A DNA stretch of 64,000 nucleotides. It comes from Puccinia triticina (taxonomy: Eukaryota). A program made the translations under genes and the position numbers. Below, piece by piece: positions 1 through 13,528 of the stretch; position 1 is the first letter of the stretch; every line of letters starts with the position of its first letter. The DNA is taken from the NCBI GenBank assembly GCA_026914245.1, contig CP110439.1:3224001-3288000 (forward strand), written 5' to 3'. Below the pieces are notes generated by a model. That model did no database searches and was not told the origin of the DNA. It was given only the letters and a program-made list of their open reading frames with translations.

Positions 1-2076
1 CTCTAGCTTATTATTCTTACGATTTTGTCGTTTGCATTCTATTCTATCGAAACTTAATTCTTCCTTCGTTGGATTAAATGTTCAAATGCAAATTGTTTTA
101 GTTCATTTTGTACAAGAAACTCAGATTGTTTTATCTACTTATCTCTGCAAATAAAATTCATCTCCTACTTTCTATGCTCTTATCGCAGAGGCGCTGCCTT
201 ACCCCAACGGCATCTTTCATGGCTCGACATCAATCTCACTACAACGGTCAAGAACAATGATATTCAATTTCTTAATTTTCATGTTTCTCTTCCTGAATAT
301 CTTGACGAACTCAACAAAGTACCTCCCCAAACTGCAGGATCGTCGTCTCGCAGGTCGGCCCCCCTCCAAATTGTGTTTTACCTATCCGCGCGAGGAGGGT
401 GGTACTCTTGAGTTAGTCTCTCATCTATCCGGAAGTACTTGTGGGATCTTCTGCACCTTCTGATATAACCCAAGTCTCTCGCTTTGGAGGTTTGCCCAGC
501 CCTTTCGGGTCAAGTTAAATACGTACTTGGCAGGAACTTCTACTCTCCAACCCATCCCGCAACGAACAATGCTCCCCAAGAACATTTTGGAATGTCCAAT
601 TTACTTCTTCATCGAACCGCGAGGGTGCATCGGTCAGGAAAGAGAAGATAGAGTAACAATCATCATGCCACCCAAAATTACAAGTGACAAGAAAACCAAG
701 CAGACGGCACAGAAGATGAGCCGCTCAGATTTGAATGGGAAGAATAATTTCTTTCGTGTTCCAAGTTGAACAAATACAAGTACGCAAAAATTTGGATCTC
801 CGCATAATTCTCCACATCGAGTTGTAAACTGAAAGGTCAGCTTCAACTTGCAAGGGAGGCAGACGATGGGCACGGGTCAACTTTCACTAAGTGACATTGC
901 ATTGTCAGGACTCAGACGGACTGGCGCGATGTATCACTTGCCAAGCCGAAATGGAAAGAGGGCGTATCCAGTGTCGTCTTGTCATCTCTACTGGTATGGT
1001 GGTTAGTGTATGTACATTACTCCGTTGCATACAAATCTTCACCCTTCTCTACCGACCTGGCACTTTGATGCTGTGCATTTTTGGGCGCTCAACCATCGGC
1101 GGTGCCGTTTGGATGGCACTGTCAGCAATCACAATCTGGTTCAGTGTTTATGATCCAATCAATTATTTATTTTATATGTACATCATAGATTTTTATCGCA
1201 TGACGGTGGCAGCCAAACGGAGCCGCACACGTCGTTGCACACCTGGAGTCATGGGGTATTCTCATGAATCGATTCAGGAAACCCTATATTCCCGGAGATG
1301 CTATTTTGGCACTGGCACTGGTGTATAGTCGATCTTGCCTGTAAACTTTAAGTGCTTCATTCAGCTTCTGGCCGGGGTTAATGGGCCCAAAGGGACTTGA
1401 AGTGGGCTGATGGAAAGAAACGAAAATCAATCCATCTTCCAAAAGAAGAGGGATGAAGACCAATTCATTCGGTGGTGGCTTTCAGCACTGACTTCCGGTA
1501 GCCGTGTGATGAACTTGCCATCTTCTTCCAATACTTGCGTCGGATATACCTTTGACCAGAATCTTACCTTTGACCAGAGGTGTGTATTCTCAAGAATGCT
1601 ACATAAGAGAAAGGGGGTTCGTGCGATATACATCTTTGTCCATATTTATACTGTTGAAAGTGACATACCAATTGATGACTTTCAGAAGAAGAAAGGGATT
1701 TTAGATTTGGGGCTGATGTCTCTGGGGCTTCCACATTCATTTGCTGTACGGCGATAGAACCAATTGGCGTCGACCACCCTTCTGTGCCGAGGCGAGCAGT
1801 GGTGGACGCAGCTCGGGTTGAACGCCAAACTTCGACGTTACAGAGGGCAGCCATGGGCCCAGTAGGAAAGAATCGGGCGGTGGAGTGTGACTTGCTAGAA
1901 TCATTTGCTTTGTGCCCAGTGGCAGCCCCGGGTAGGTGTCGCCTATAAAGGCTAGAGCTCTGGTGTCAATTCGACCTCATCCACCCATCACCAATCAGTC
2001 ACATATTTATCACCCAACTATTTACAATACTAGTTATCCACCGGTTTTCAAAACAGGACTACCCACAATCTTCAAG

Positions 2077-2435
2077 ATGAACTTCAACGCTTCAGCTATC
2101 GTGGCCCTTGCTCTTTCCATGGGTGCTTTCCTTGGTGGGTCCGCATTGGGGTACTCTTCCCTCATCCCGTACTAACTTGAGCCCGCTTTTTACCAGCTAT
2201 TGCGAGCCCCTTACCTCACTGGGCACCAGCAGAACACGAATGCAACGGTTTGCTCAACTGCAACAACGTGAAGGTACTCTCTGGGCAAGGCCAATTGGGC
2301 GTTGTCGCCCCGCTTACCGCTGGGGTTCTCCCGATGTTAGTGAGATTCGTTTAGCCTCAATTTGGCAGACTTGGCGTCCACTCACATATTGTCTCAACTC
2401 TCACTCTTTACAACAGCATCGGCGTCGGAGCTTAG
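2077..2435 (+). CDS. Small secreted protein, 71 aa, 3 exons (2077-2134, 2197-2335, 2417-2435)
   Basis: TATA-like CTATAAAG near 1943. GT..AG introns of 62 and 81 nt, the first with an ACTAAC branch site. Spliced ORF: MNFNASAIVALALSMGAFLAIASPLPHWAPAEHECNGLLNCNNVKVLSGQGQLGVVAPLTAGVLPIIGVGA, with a signal-peptide-like N-terminus. Confidence 0.7.
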
Positions 2436-3487
2436 TTCTTCAACTTATTTCGAGGCAGAAGTCGTAAACTTGTTTTCTTGTCTTGGGGATCATATATACA
2501 TTTCTCTTAGCCTCTTGATATTATGCCAATGGACAACCGACACCACTGCAAATTGTGCTATTTGATAAATTAGTATAAATCAGCTGAACTACAAACCCAA
2601 GAGTGAGAGAAGCTTGAAGCTCGAGAGGTCAGAATGGCACTCTGCCAAAGCACCATGTACATGAAACGTTGTGAGGATCTCAGAAGGTCAAGGACATAGG
2701 GCTTCATGGGTAGCGCCTATTCCACACTTTGTCGTGACCCCATGTCCTACCCAAAAGCTACTCAACTCTATGGTATTCTGATTCATAACGCGCCAATTGG
2801 CTGGTCTTGTCATTTTTCTTACGTGCCAAGTGGCTAGTCTTGTCATTTTTCTTACCTTACCAACTTCATTCAACAGACATCAAACCCTAGATGATCTCTT
2901 GAGAACTCGTGCTGTTTGAGCGTCTGGAAGGCGTCCCCTCGGGACCCCTCCATCGAGAGATGGATTAAATATGTTTGCCTCCTGCAGAACCGACCCTCAC
3001 AAAATCCCAACCAGAGATTTCCCAGTTTCTGAAAAAAAAATTGCAGCATTCCCCCCCCCCCCCCTGAAGGCTTCCATAGCGAGCCTGAAACTCCGGAGCC
3101 TTGGTCCATTTCCTCTCATCAAGACCCTCTATTTATACCTTTCAAAACCTCTCGCTCAACACCGCCGCTGCACACACATCATTGTTCTCACTTCTATTGT
3201 ATTCCTCAGGCCATTGTTCCTGTTTATTGTTCTCTATTCATCCTTTCGCCTATCACCCCGATGTTCCATCTGATTCAAACCAATACTACTATAAACGCAC
3301 CATCCATTTTCCCAATTCGTGTTTTTCCCGATCTCTCCCACTTTTATTCCCTGATCAAACAATCCATAATCAGCAAGAATACAGCTTCTTCCTTTACCAA
3401 ATCTCGAAGCCGTCTCATGCATCACTCTCAACACTTATTGATGAGGTTCCACATCCCTCACCCGGAAATTTTGATTCTCTCACCAAT

Positions 3488-4640
3488 ATGAATCCAGCCG
3501 GTCATAGTAATTCTACCGTGCTCCCGACTATCTTCCTGTGCTTCACAACCGCAATTGGAAAGTCTTGCTCACAATTCCAGACAGTCATAGCAATTTGTCC
3601 GCTCCTCCGCCCGTAATTATTCATCAATCAAGACCGGGACTGGAAACTTTTATCTCCCTAGACCATCACAGCTCCAGCGGTCTACAAACCACTACATCAA
3701 ATCATCAGAAGATCGATATCGCAAGAAAGAGACGCGCCCTGTTGGCTCTGACCGATTGGGCGGGTCTTCACACTCCCGCGGTTCCAGATGATTTTGGCCA
3801 CACTCCGGCTCCTTACAGCGCCCGGCTCAGGAGAAAAGTCTGGCCAAGATCACTCCGCCCGAGCAAGAAATTGTGCCAAACCTTACCAATGAGCTTCAGA
3901 GTATCTCTCAAGAGCGTGGCTTGCATTGTGACTTGAATATTCATTCCAATCTACGCAACAATCATCCCTTTAGCTTATCACCCTTGAGTCATGACTCCAT
4001 CGCTTCACCGACTCCAGCTAATCCTTGGGCCAAAAAGCCAGCCACAAAAGTTGTTCCGATTTCATCTTCCTGCAAGCATGTGGGGGGGTTAAATGTGCTA
4101 AAGGCTGACAACAAACATAAGTGCACCGCAAGGAGCAACATCACCGGTGTTGAATTGAAGTCCAGATCATTTACTTATAAAGATGAAAGCAGTCGAAAAG
4201 CGGCATCTAATCAGCCTCTCTTTGCGCCGTCAAGCTCAAACAAAACTGATTCAACTGTCGGCTTTTGTCCCAAGGTGCCACCTTGGATCTGCCGGATGTC
4301 TGAATCCTTAGGGTTCTGTCCACCCACCGGAATCAGTGAGTTTGAAAAGCAGAGAGCAATTGAAATTGAGTCCCAGCACTCTCTTCCCTCCAACGCCATC
4401 AAACACCATATAACACCAGATTTGGAGCTGCTGATCAAGCGGGAAATCTCACCTAGACCTGATAAGCGTATGCGCATCTTGCTTCTTCAATAACGCCAAA
4501 TTACAACAAAAACAAAAAAGTAATGTGATTCTTCTTTTTTTCAAAAAAAAAACGTACACATAGATTCTAAGCGGAACGCGTTGTATGAAGGTGTGGACAT
4601 CGGCAAACACCTCTCAATTGGTCAACAAGGAAAATGAGAA
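3488..4640 (+). CDS. Hypothetical low-complexity protein (multi-exon, model uncertain)
   Basis: Overlapping ORFs 3538-3936 and 3873-4493 with plausible flanking introns. No recognisable domain, and the frame change between the ORFs is unresolved. Confidence 0.35.
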
Positions 4641-7040
4641 AAATACGACGACGAGGATTCGAAAGACAGTCAAAAATGGCCAGAAAGACAAAAAGAAGGA
4701 CATCAGAGAACATGCGATCAAGGAGGAGGATCTCAAAACTCAGTTACTCAACAGAAGAATAACCGCCTGGTTCGAGCGGGACAACAAACACCAGGCCGAG
4801 AGACTGGGGACACTAATTCAGATTGGGGATGGAGGAACTTGGTTCAAAAGTCTAAGAACAACCAATTTGATTTACTCTTCCACAACAGGAATGACAACGG
4901 AAGGATCTTTTAATCTCTCTCTGTTATGATGCTTATCTTTTGTCTTTTTGAAGCAAACTCAAGATTAGTTACCCTGAACTGTAATGATTCAAGAATAATG
5001 CTAGCATTACATCTTACCAAAAATGAAGGCTTGTTTTCAGTTTCATCTGACGTAAAAATGACACATTGAAGAGAGTTCCTGCCTGAAAAATATCTTTGTT
5101 AGTAGGAACAGATACCGAGGTTTTCATACATAATGGCCGCAACTCGCATTAGTTTTGTCAAGCATTCCATTGAAAGGGGGGATGCCGCTTGACAGATATC
5201 TCATCTCTCCTTGAAGCGTAGGCCCAGCGGTAGAGTATTCGACAAAATCGGGTGGCGGTCCGTCAGAGATATGGATCACGTGAGCTAGAACAATGATCGG
5301 TCAACAATTGAGCTTCGTAAACAGCTCCCCGTTGTAGGAAATCCACATGCTCCGCTTTGCTTTTACCCTGAGCTCATTTTTGCAATGAAAGACTAAATCA
5401 TATTCTGGAGATTGATATTCTAGAAACTTTCCTTCACTATTACGTTGGGTTTGTTTTGGAACAGTCAAGATATATGTTTGGTTCGAAGGATTGTACTTTA
5501 GATTTTCCAATAATTCACAGCCTTGAACGTTCATCTTGATTCGGAGTTTTTTATTCTAGCTTTACAGGGAGAATTGAAGGGGATATTTTGGTGGGAGCCC
5601 CTAAATATAAAAATTTGCAGGTGTTTGATCCAGGACCTACAAAGGATCTTGTGCTTAACCAACCCCAGGGGGTCAGAGAGTTTAGGTGCCCACTTTGGCG
5701 CAAATCGGGTCAACATGACAGGTGTTTGGCAGGGGGGAGTAAGGCCATTTGTTCTGGAACTGCGAACTGACATTGATTATGAAAAATGACCCAGCACCAT
5801 TCCTTCTGTTCGGACATGAAGAGGATATTGCCTCAATTAGAAAGTACCATGAAGCTCACCAGTTGAGAACCCCTGTTCCGCTCCCAGAGCATAGCCTTTG
5901 ACATAGTCTATCTAAACTGTCCTGTGGGATCTCAAACGCATTGGTCTGGGTAACGGGGTTTTTCAACATGGTACATGTCATTATTATCAACCCACTGATC
6001 AATAAAAGGTATTGGCTTATTTAGTTCCTTAGATATATTAGTGCATTAGCACCAAGGAATTCTCAGCAATGGTGGGCAGGAGCCCGGGATCATACATAAA
6101 ATAATGTTCACTGATGAATCTTGGAATTAGCATTCCACAAGATAATTGGAATACATCACGAGACCAGAGATCATACGTTGTTCTGAAAATTCCTCAGCTG
6201 TTTTATCCTGTGAGTTTACGAGCCATCATAGCTCTGTGAAATCATTTGATACGTTTTTGTTTGCTATGCCAGACCTTTTCTGTCTCTACAATTCTGATTC
6301 ATGTTCCGCGGCGCAGCCGCGATTTCCCTAGTATGTTAAAAAGCGCATCCCAACCAACCTCGCCCCCCCCATGCCACGAAATAATCCTAGCTGGCCAGCT
6401 GGCTCACTGTTCATCGAGTGTTGCTTAGCAGCTTCAACTAGCGCATGGCGCTACCAAAGCTCGGCAACTGGTAATGCATATTATGAGCCGGAGGTCAAGT
6501 TCATCCCTTTCCTGCGGAGACGGTTCGTGCCATGTTGAACACCGGATTATTTTCAATGAACAACTGTGAGCTGGTGAAATCCTTCGAATATTATGCTTCA
6601 TCCAATCTCTAGTAACACATACGGTGCTGGTTGCCTGACACACACAACTAACACTTGAAAAATGAAAGCCGTGTAGAAAACTTTACCGAATCATTTAGCC
6701 AACAATTTCCCTGGAGACAGTAACGTCGGCGCACTGTTTTCATTTTTTTTCCTTCAAAGTTTTTACACCCATTACTACGCTTCCCAACTCGATCAATATT
6801 TCCATTCAGGGCCGGTAGTACAGCACATTCTCCATAGGGACTGGACAGGATTCCACCAATATTTGAATATATATTTTGCGTGTTTTTCCATCTCGCTATA
6901 TTCCAAACTTGGGGCCTTGAAGGTTAAGCAGCTCCAGTCAAGTCAATGAGATTGCTTGCAATCCCCCATAAACACTCAACTACCTGCGACCCCTGTTTTC
7001 CAGCGTCTGGATTCTGGAATCATCAACTGACCGTCAAATC

Positions 7041-8901
7041 ATGGCCACTGGATATCAAAATAGCTATGGCAGTGACTGGACTCGCCAGCGCACCTTTGAC
7101 AATGGGACAGATATCGACATGGCCACGGAACTTGGCACCACCTTATCTGCGTCAACTTCGGCACCCGCGCCAGCGCCTCAACGCTTATCATTTGCTCGCC
7201 ATCCTTCTGTGATTGGTTCCTCACTCAGCCCAGCTCCATTGCTTGAAAAAATTGTTCGACCCGCCAACCAAAATATAGGCGATGGGATTGTATTCGGAAC
7301 CATGGCTCATAACGACTCATTACAGAAGGATTCCTCTTCATACGATCAATCGCCCAGAGACATGCAAGCGGTATTGGACGGCTTGACATCGAAGCCGTTG
7401 GGGCTTACTGACTTCAAACGATTCCTGAACCAAATCCGCCGAGGTGCATACGCAGAAGAATGCAACAGTTGGATCAGCTACGCTCCAATTCTGGTAGATT
7501 TTCTATTGGATTTCAAGATGTTAGTTTTTCTTCGCACAATCTTTCTCAATCAAAGAGCATACACTCACAATCTTCTCTTGAATTTGGAAATATTTAGCTA
7601 TGCGGACGGTTTTGCCCGCTTGTCCTTACGTGACCAATCGAAATGTCCTCACCCTTTTGAAATCATTTGCCATTTGAACTCTCAAAATCTTCAAGCTCCG
7701 ACGGATTCTAGTGACATCGACTTCAGTAACGGGCAAGATGGCGATTTCTCAGAGTTTGAAAAAGCAGCCCGTGAACTATTGGAGAGCATGTCTGAGGACT
7801 TTGACGACAACCCAAGCCATGAGTATCCTGATACTCGCACCCCCACAGCGGAAGCCGGAATACCAAACCGGTCTGCGCAACGCAAAGTCAATTGGGCCCC
7901 CTCAGTACGTTCCAACAATCACCAGTATGACCCAGATTGGGATTCTACGGGATCTACTCTCTCCGCGACTTTGCACGAAGGCTCTATTCTAAGAGCAGCC
8001 CGGCACAACTCTAAAGCAACCTCACAATTCTCTTCGAGCGTTCTAATGGAAAGGCTGAAAGGTGTCGAGCCCGAACACCAACCCATGAGGGATTCCTTCA
8101 ATAGTCTTGTAAGCAAATATCTGGGAAGCTCGACTTCATTCAAGCAACGGGATGGTTTGCTCTCAAGCTGCGAAGACATCAACTTTGAATCGATTCAGCG
8201 CGCAATCTTGGAAGCGAAATATACGAACCATCCAGCTGTGCTATCTGGAATCGTTGCAGATATTCTTGTTGGGCTAAATGTGCATGTCTTGCCCGCATTT
8301 GTTGCTTTTTCCATCACAAACCGAAACACCCCGAACAATACCAAAAGCAACACTCTCTGGGGCTCGTTCATGGTATTAATCGCCTTCATCTTTAATTTAT
8401 TGATGATGATTGTTCCCTCTCCGCTAATGACTCCATGGAAAATGGACAAGCCAATACCGAAACTCTACCGACTTCTTTTATTCCCTCTACTTTGGATGGG
8501 TTTTGCTTTGATAATGAAAGATTTTATCAAGAATTACTGTCTCTTATGCTGGGAAAATAAATTTAAATCTCTCGAATCCGGCTTTCGATCGGATCATCAG
8601 GCAGTTCAGGTTGGCTTACATACTCAAGACAAGGTAACAAAGCTCGCAAAAGACGCTCAAAGTCAACCCGTAAATTCGTAAGTCCCATAGTAATCCGAGA
8701 TTTCAAATCAGATAGGGATCGGATGTATCGAAGCTGATCAATTCTGGAACTGTGGACCTTTGTTCCCTTTTTTAAAGTAGGCTGGTCGGAAGACACGAAG
8801 CAAACAGATTACGGCACCAACTGACAACATGTCTAATCACATCATTGGTATTGGCTGTAATCATCCAAACGTGTTTTGTACTATTACCTCTCTTGTCATG
8901 A
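7041..8901 (+). CDS. RGS-like domain protein with C-terminal transmembrane helices (Rax1-like architecture)
   Basis: 546-aa ORF with AVLDGLTSKPLGLTDFKRFL...EE...DFLLDF (resembles the start of a fungal RGS domain) and two hydrophobic segments. After the GTAAGT intron at ~8678, a last exon adds a third TM helix (TCLITSLVLAVIIQTCFVLLPLLS*). Confidence 0.6.
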
Positions 8902-9865
8902 CGTTGCCTTCCTGTCTCTGGTTCAATCCCCAAGTACCCTCTTGGGATTCGTGTCCTCAACCCGAAAACATCAACGTTTTGTTTCTCATTTTTCAAGCAG
9001 TATTTTATCAAAAAAAGAAAGCTTCAAGTTTTGTATTTCTATACTCATCCAAGTGTATGTATTTCTCTGCGTCATCGTGGTCTGTAGAAAAATATCTTAT
9101 CCAATAAAAAAGTTGGCTGGCGTTGTCAAACCTGCTTCTGAGCTCTAGACCTATCATAGTTGAGCTACAATGGGAATAAGGTAAAAAGATCTGATTAACC
9201 TACTCACACAACAGGATTATACAAGTGAAAAGTAAGTAAAATGATTTCACATTTCTGCAGAAAGAAGGAATAAGCATTGTACTATAGATATTTGAATACT
9301 ATATGGACAGCCGATGGGGTTTTGACAAACTTTCGGCAGATTTTCCAATTTTAAATCAGCTATTTTGACTAGAATCTGGTTCGAGATAGTTCGAGATCCA
9401 TGAAAACTGTCTTCAAATGGTGAGACATTTGAGGGTATGTCCAAATTGAGGATTGGAGTTGGGGAAGAGGACATTGGCTACCATGTAGGGCTTGTGGATT
9501 ATCCAATAAATTTGGTGGAATCTTTGCTGGCCATGGAGCTTGGAATCTTTGGTGCTTGCAAATTCCATGTCTCCACCTCTGAGGGCTCAGGGTACCGCTT
9601 TTCTCTCGAGGGCAACAACTGCGCATGCACATTGCAATTCTAACATCAATTAGGTGTGTATGTAAATATTTAGATGTCGGAGGATTCTTCTTCGACGGCG
9701 GCCAGATGGGCCAAGCGCTTCATGTCGGTGGTCCAAATAGAACGCGAATTGTTCACATTTTCCCTTCAACAAATGGGTACATACACCTTGAAGGGAAGGT
9801 TTGTGATAATGTAAGAGTAATCCCGTGTGGCCCATTACAGATACAGAGCGGCTCATGCTGATAAG

Positions 9866-9998
9866 TGTTGTGACATAGATGTCACAGGCATCTCCGTGAC
9901 TTGCCGCAGCACGAACCATACTCCTCTTCCCGGGACAATCCCGGGCGTAGGAGAGTTCTCTACGGAATCTACAGAGTTTGTGTCTCATCGTCTCAATA
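9866..9998 (+). repeat. 5' LTR of copia element 1
   Basis: TGTTG...CAATA; direct repeat of 16396-16528. Confidence 0.97.
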
Positions 9999-10473
9999 GG
10001 TTATGAGCCCTCTCGATCTATAATCAAGGACTCAGACTCGAAACTCGACCGATACAACTCACAAATCGACGCTTCGACTCGTCGGTTATACCTTTTCGAC
10101 CGGTAGCTCAGGATAGAGCGTAATTGTCCGTCATCGGGAAGGTCAGTGTTACTTTGCCGTAACACTGTGAGGTACTTTGGTATAAGCAGACTCCGCCATT
10201 CCCAATCTCTGTCTCTGAACGGTGTTGATCGAACTTACCTGAATAAGCTAAGCGGACTAGCCATCCTGCTTATTACGGTGGTGTGGCCCACCTACCGGTG
10301 CAGAAAAGGGACGTCTTGTGACGCACCGTTCTACTCCCTCTTTTTCCTCCATCTCTTATAACGTGGGTACTTCTCAGTGTTGCGGTGAGTAGCTCTGTCC
10401 TTTTTCCACACTTCGATTATCCTTTCCTGTCTACTTCTCCTTTTTTTTGCCCTCTCCCTCCGGCTCCGGCGAA

Positions 10474-13400
10474 ATGTCTCGACGAGGTTCAATCCATTCC
10501 GATGGCGAAGTTTTTCTACCAGATGGCGGGGAGAGAATGGCCAACCTTTTCGATTCAATTGCTGGGAGTTCGACGGGAAACCGTACAGGAGACGAAACGA
10601 TCCGACCACCAGCATCGGGGACTCGCCAGCAAACCGGTCCTGCTGCGACTGGCTCGGGCTCTCATCATTCGAGAGGACCAGCTCCGCACCAAACACAACC
10701 TCCGACCGGGCCGATACCTCCAGCAAACGATCTCACGCGGGCCCAGCAAGATTTCCTCGCGGCGAAATTACAGCTCGAACAGGCGAAGCTAGTTAGTCAA
10801 ACGGCTAAGCTGATCAATGACCGATGGAACGACGAAAAGCGCCTGGCTGCGAATGGGTCCAATCTGGCGAGGTGGTTGAACGAACTTAGCGAAATCGGTA
10901 CCGCCCATATGTCGAATGGCGACTTCTTCTTCAAACCAATCGACAACATGACCTTTGAGAAGATCGCCAGAATAGTCGTCCTCAAGGGTGTCCATAGTTC
11001 TTTGGTACCCGATCTTCAACGTGTGAACTCCGCACTTGAAATGTTGTCTCTCCTGAAGAAGCGATTCTTGGTTGTTTCTCGTGCGGCACAGATGAATGTT
11101 TTCAACCGGTTCCTCAACTTCTCCGTGGACGACTGCGAGAGTACGGGTTTGACGTCGTCAATGAGGAATCTGTACACCGAATGGAACAACCTCAACGTCA
11201 GGATCCACTCGGATGCGTTCTTCGGTTTCGTTTTCCAACGGGCAGTCTTGAAATCCTCGGCACCTTTCAAGAAGGATTTCGAGCAGCGCATCGAAAACTT
11301 GATGCAGAATGATCAGTCCAAAAGTTTGCCGAAATTCGATTTTTTGGTGAACACCTACGATGTCTGCCGAAAACAACATGAAGACTTGACAGCCACCGAA
11401 GGAACCTTGGCAAATTCGTCGGCACCTTCGGTACTAATGGCGACGACTGATGGCGATGATTTCGACTTCGAAGCTTTCCTAGCTGATGTTCCGGAAGACA
11501 ACTGGCTGGATGCGCTAGATTTTTATGCGGCAACGGCGCATCGATGTTGGCAATGCGGGGCGGCGGATCATTATCTACGAGAATGTCCGCAGCGGTGTGG
11601 TAAGCCAATCCTGAATATGGCACCAAAATCAAAAGTCTTTTCACCTCAATATAAACCTCTCTGGAATACTCAAGCACCCACCTCCCTTAAGGATCAAGGC
11701 CAGGACAGCTCATACCCATCAACAGGCCCCCCATTCTCTCTTAACCCTTTTTCCCCACCTTCTGGATACCCACCTACACCAACTCAGTATTTCTCAAGCA
11801 CCCAGCTAGGCACAAGTGGGAGAAAGTCACCCATCAGACAGAGCCAGACTATTAGGAAAGACCCTGAATAATCATCACCTTTTCCTCCCTTCCCAATCCA
11901 GCATAACAACCCCATCTTGGCATTAGCCACACATGTAATAACCATAGAGATTTCATCTTGGTTACCCCTTGTCCCCTTTGGTTTCAGCCCTTCCCTTTTC
12001 AGCCACTGATATGATATGTAATCCCTTTCTTCTGATGTTTCATTGTCTCTCCACATTCCAGCCTCATTCCAGAACTTTCCATCCCCATAGCATTTTCAGC
12101 CTCAGCCCCTTGATTGAGAATTTTCACTGTTTCATCTTTTCTTCCAACCACAACTCAGCCCCATAATATTTTGTATATAGTCTGCCCTCTTTGGCCCTAC
12201 CTTTTGTTCCCCATCAGATCCTGTCCCAGCAATCCAGATCACTGGTCACCATTCACTAGCCTAGCTTATGCCATTAAATCAGAGTGGACAAGCTTGATAA
12301 GTCTATGCCAAATATATCAGGTTGGACAGACTTTACATTACCTTTACCTTGCTATTAGATTAGTAGAAATTAAACCCTTGGACATACCTCAAGAATCTCC
12401 ATAGCCACACCTTTCCTTAAGAGTCCATACTCTTATATTCTTTTTCTTGTTCCCCTGAGAGGCAGCCCTTCAAGCACCAAATCCCTCTCAAGCTCTATTC
12501 TTCCCTCAGAGTAGTTCCACAGCGGGTGAAGTCGAATCAAATCAACAAACGTCTTCGCGGTCCGGGTGTGTCGCCTTTCCCACAACCAGCAACCAGAACC
12601 CAGGCGACTTTCGTCGGTTCTCTGTACACCCAACCCGCCAGTCCCTCAGCTCGACCTTCGGCGCACTCCAGACCCCCCCCCATGTCCAACCTTCAAGTTC
12701 AAGCGAAACGACTAGCCAACTACTATCGACCCCGGTACGCTGCAAACACCAATCAACAGCAAGCGTCAATGACCTCGACTTCAGCTGGGGGGGGGGGCGT
12801 CTGCGCAACTCATGGAAATTGGTGAGATTCCAGATGATCTCGATCAGCTGGATTTCAAGAATATGGCGCTTGGGGACGATGTTGTAAGTAATCCTGCCAT
12901 TTTCAATACTGGAGCATCTCACCACTTCACTGGGATGCGCCAGCTTCTTCATGATTTCAAACAACTCTCTAAGCCCTTGCCCCTGTCGGTAGCTACCGCC
13001 AGCAACCGATCCTTCATCACTGGTGTGGGAAGCCTCCATTTCCTTGAGCCATCCGGTCGATTGATCGTACTTCGTGGTGTACTCTACTGTGAGGATGCCA
13101 GATCTACACTGATCTCAATGGCTGCACTGCGGAAAGCTAATGCCTTTGTGTTCTATGACAATGACAAAGAGCAGTTTGATATTTTTTTGGCAAACTGCCA
13201 ATTTGCTTTCAGCTGCGTATGGGAAGCGAAGCGCAACCGTTGGTATTTACCACACCACATGGTGAAGGATGATCGGCATTGCAAAGGGGCAGGGGATGAT
13301 GTCTCTATCTTCTTATCTTCCTCTTCTGTCTCTGTTTCCACTTTACCTCCTCTTCTCGACACTTTATCTTCTCCTGTTCCTCAATCCTCTTCCTTTTCTC

Positions 13401-13522
13401 CTGTTTCTTCTATTTCTTCTTTCTCTCAATCAAACATCTCCGACGTTTCCAATTTTCATGTCTCTTCAAATATCCCTGCTGTCAACGTCCGTTTTCCTAC
13501 GTGCGGAAATAAATCTGCTTGA
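10474..13522 (+). pseudogene. Copia gag-protease, disrupted
   Basis: CCHC knuckle CWQCGAADHYLREC. Interrupted by a 926-bp insertion at 11596 and frameshifted at a G11 run (12787-12797). Protease motif reads FNTGASHH (catalytic D>N). In-frame TGA at 13520-13522 precedes the integrase ORF. Confidence 0.9.
11596..12521. mobile_element. Nested insertion, probably a solo LTR of an unrelated retrotransposon
   Basis: TGTGG...CCACA termini with GCGG duplicated at 11592-11595 and 12522-12525. Removing it restores gag (ECPQR|VKSNQ). No coding capacity evident. Confidence 0.85.
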
Positions 13523-13528
13523 TCTCTT

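Noticed and set aside
2794..2854. Two-copy ~33-bp tandem repeat
   Set aside because: Simple local duplication with no spacer structure or coding context; not CRISPR-like.
5100..6300. Possible minus-strand multi-exon gene
   Set aside because: Exon-like fragments exist, but no consistent start, frame or domain could be assembled.
11596..11871. C-terminal ~90 aa of the 474-aa gag ORF
   Set aside because: Read-through into the nested insertion; true gag resumes at 12526.
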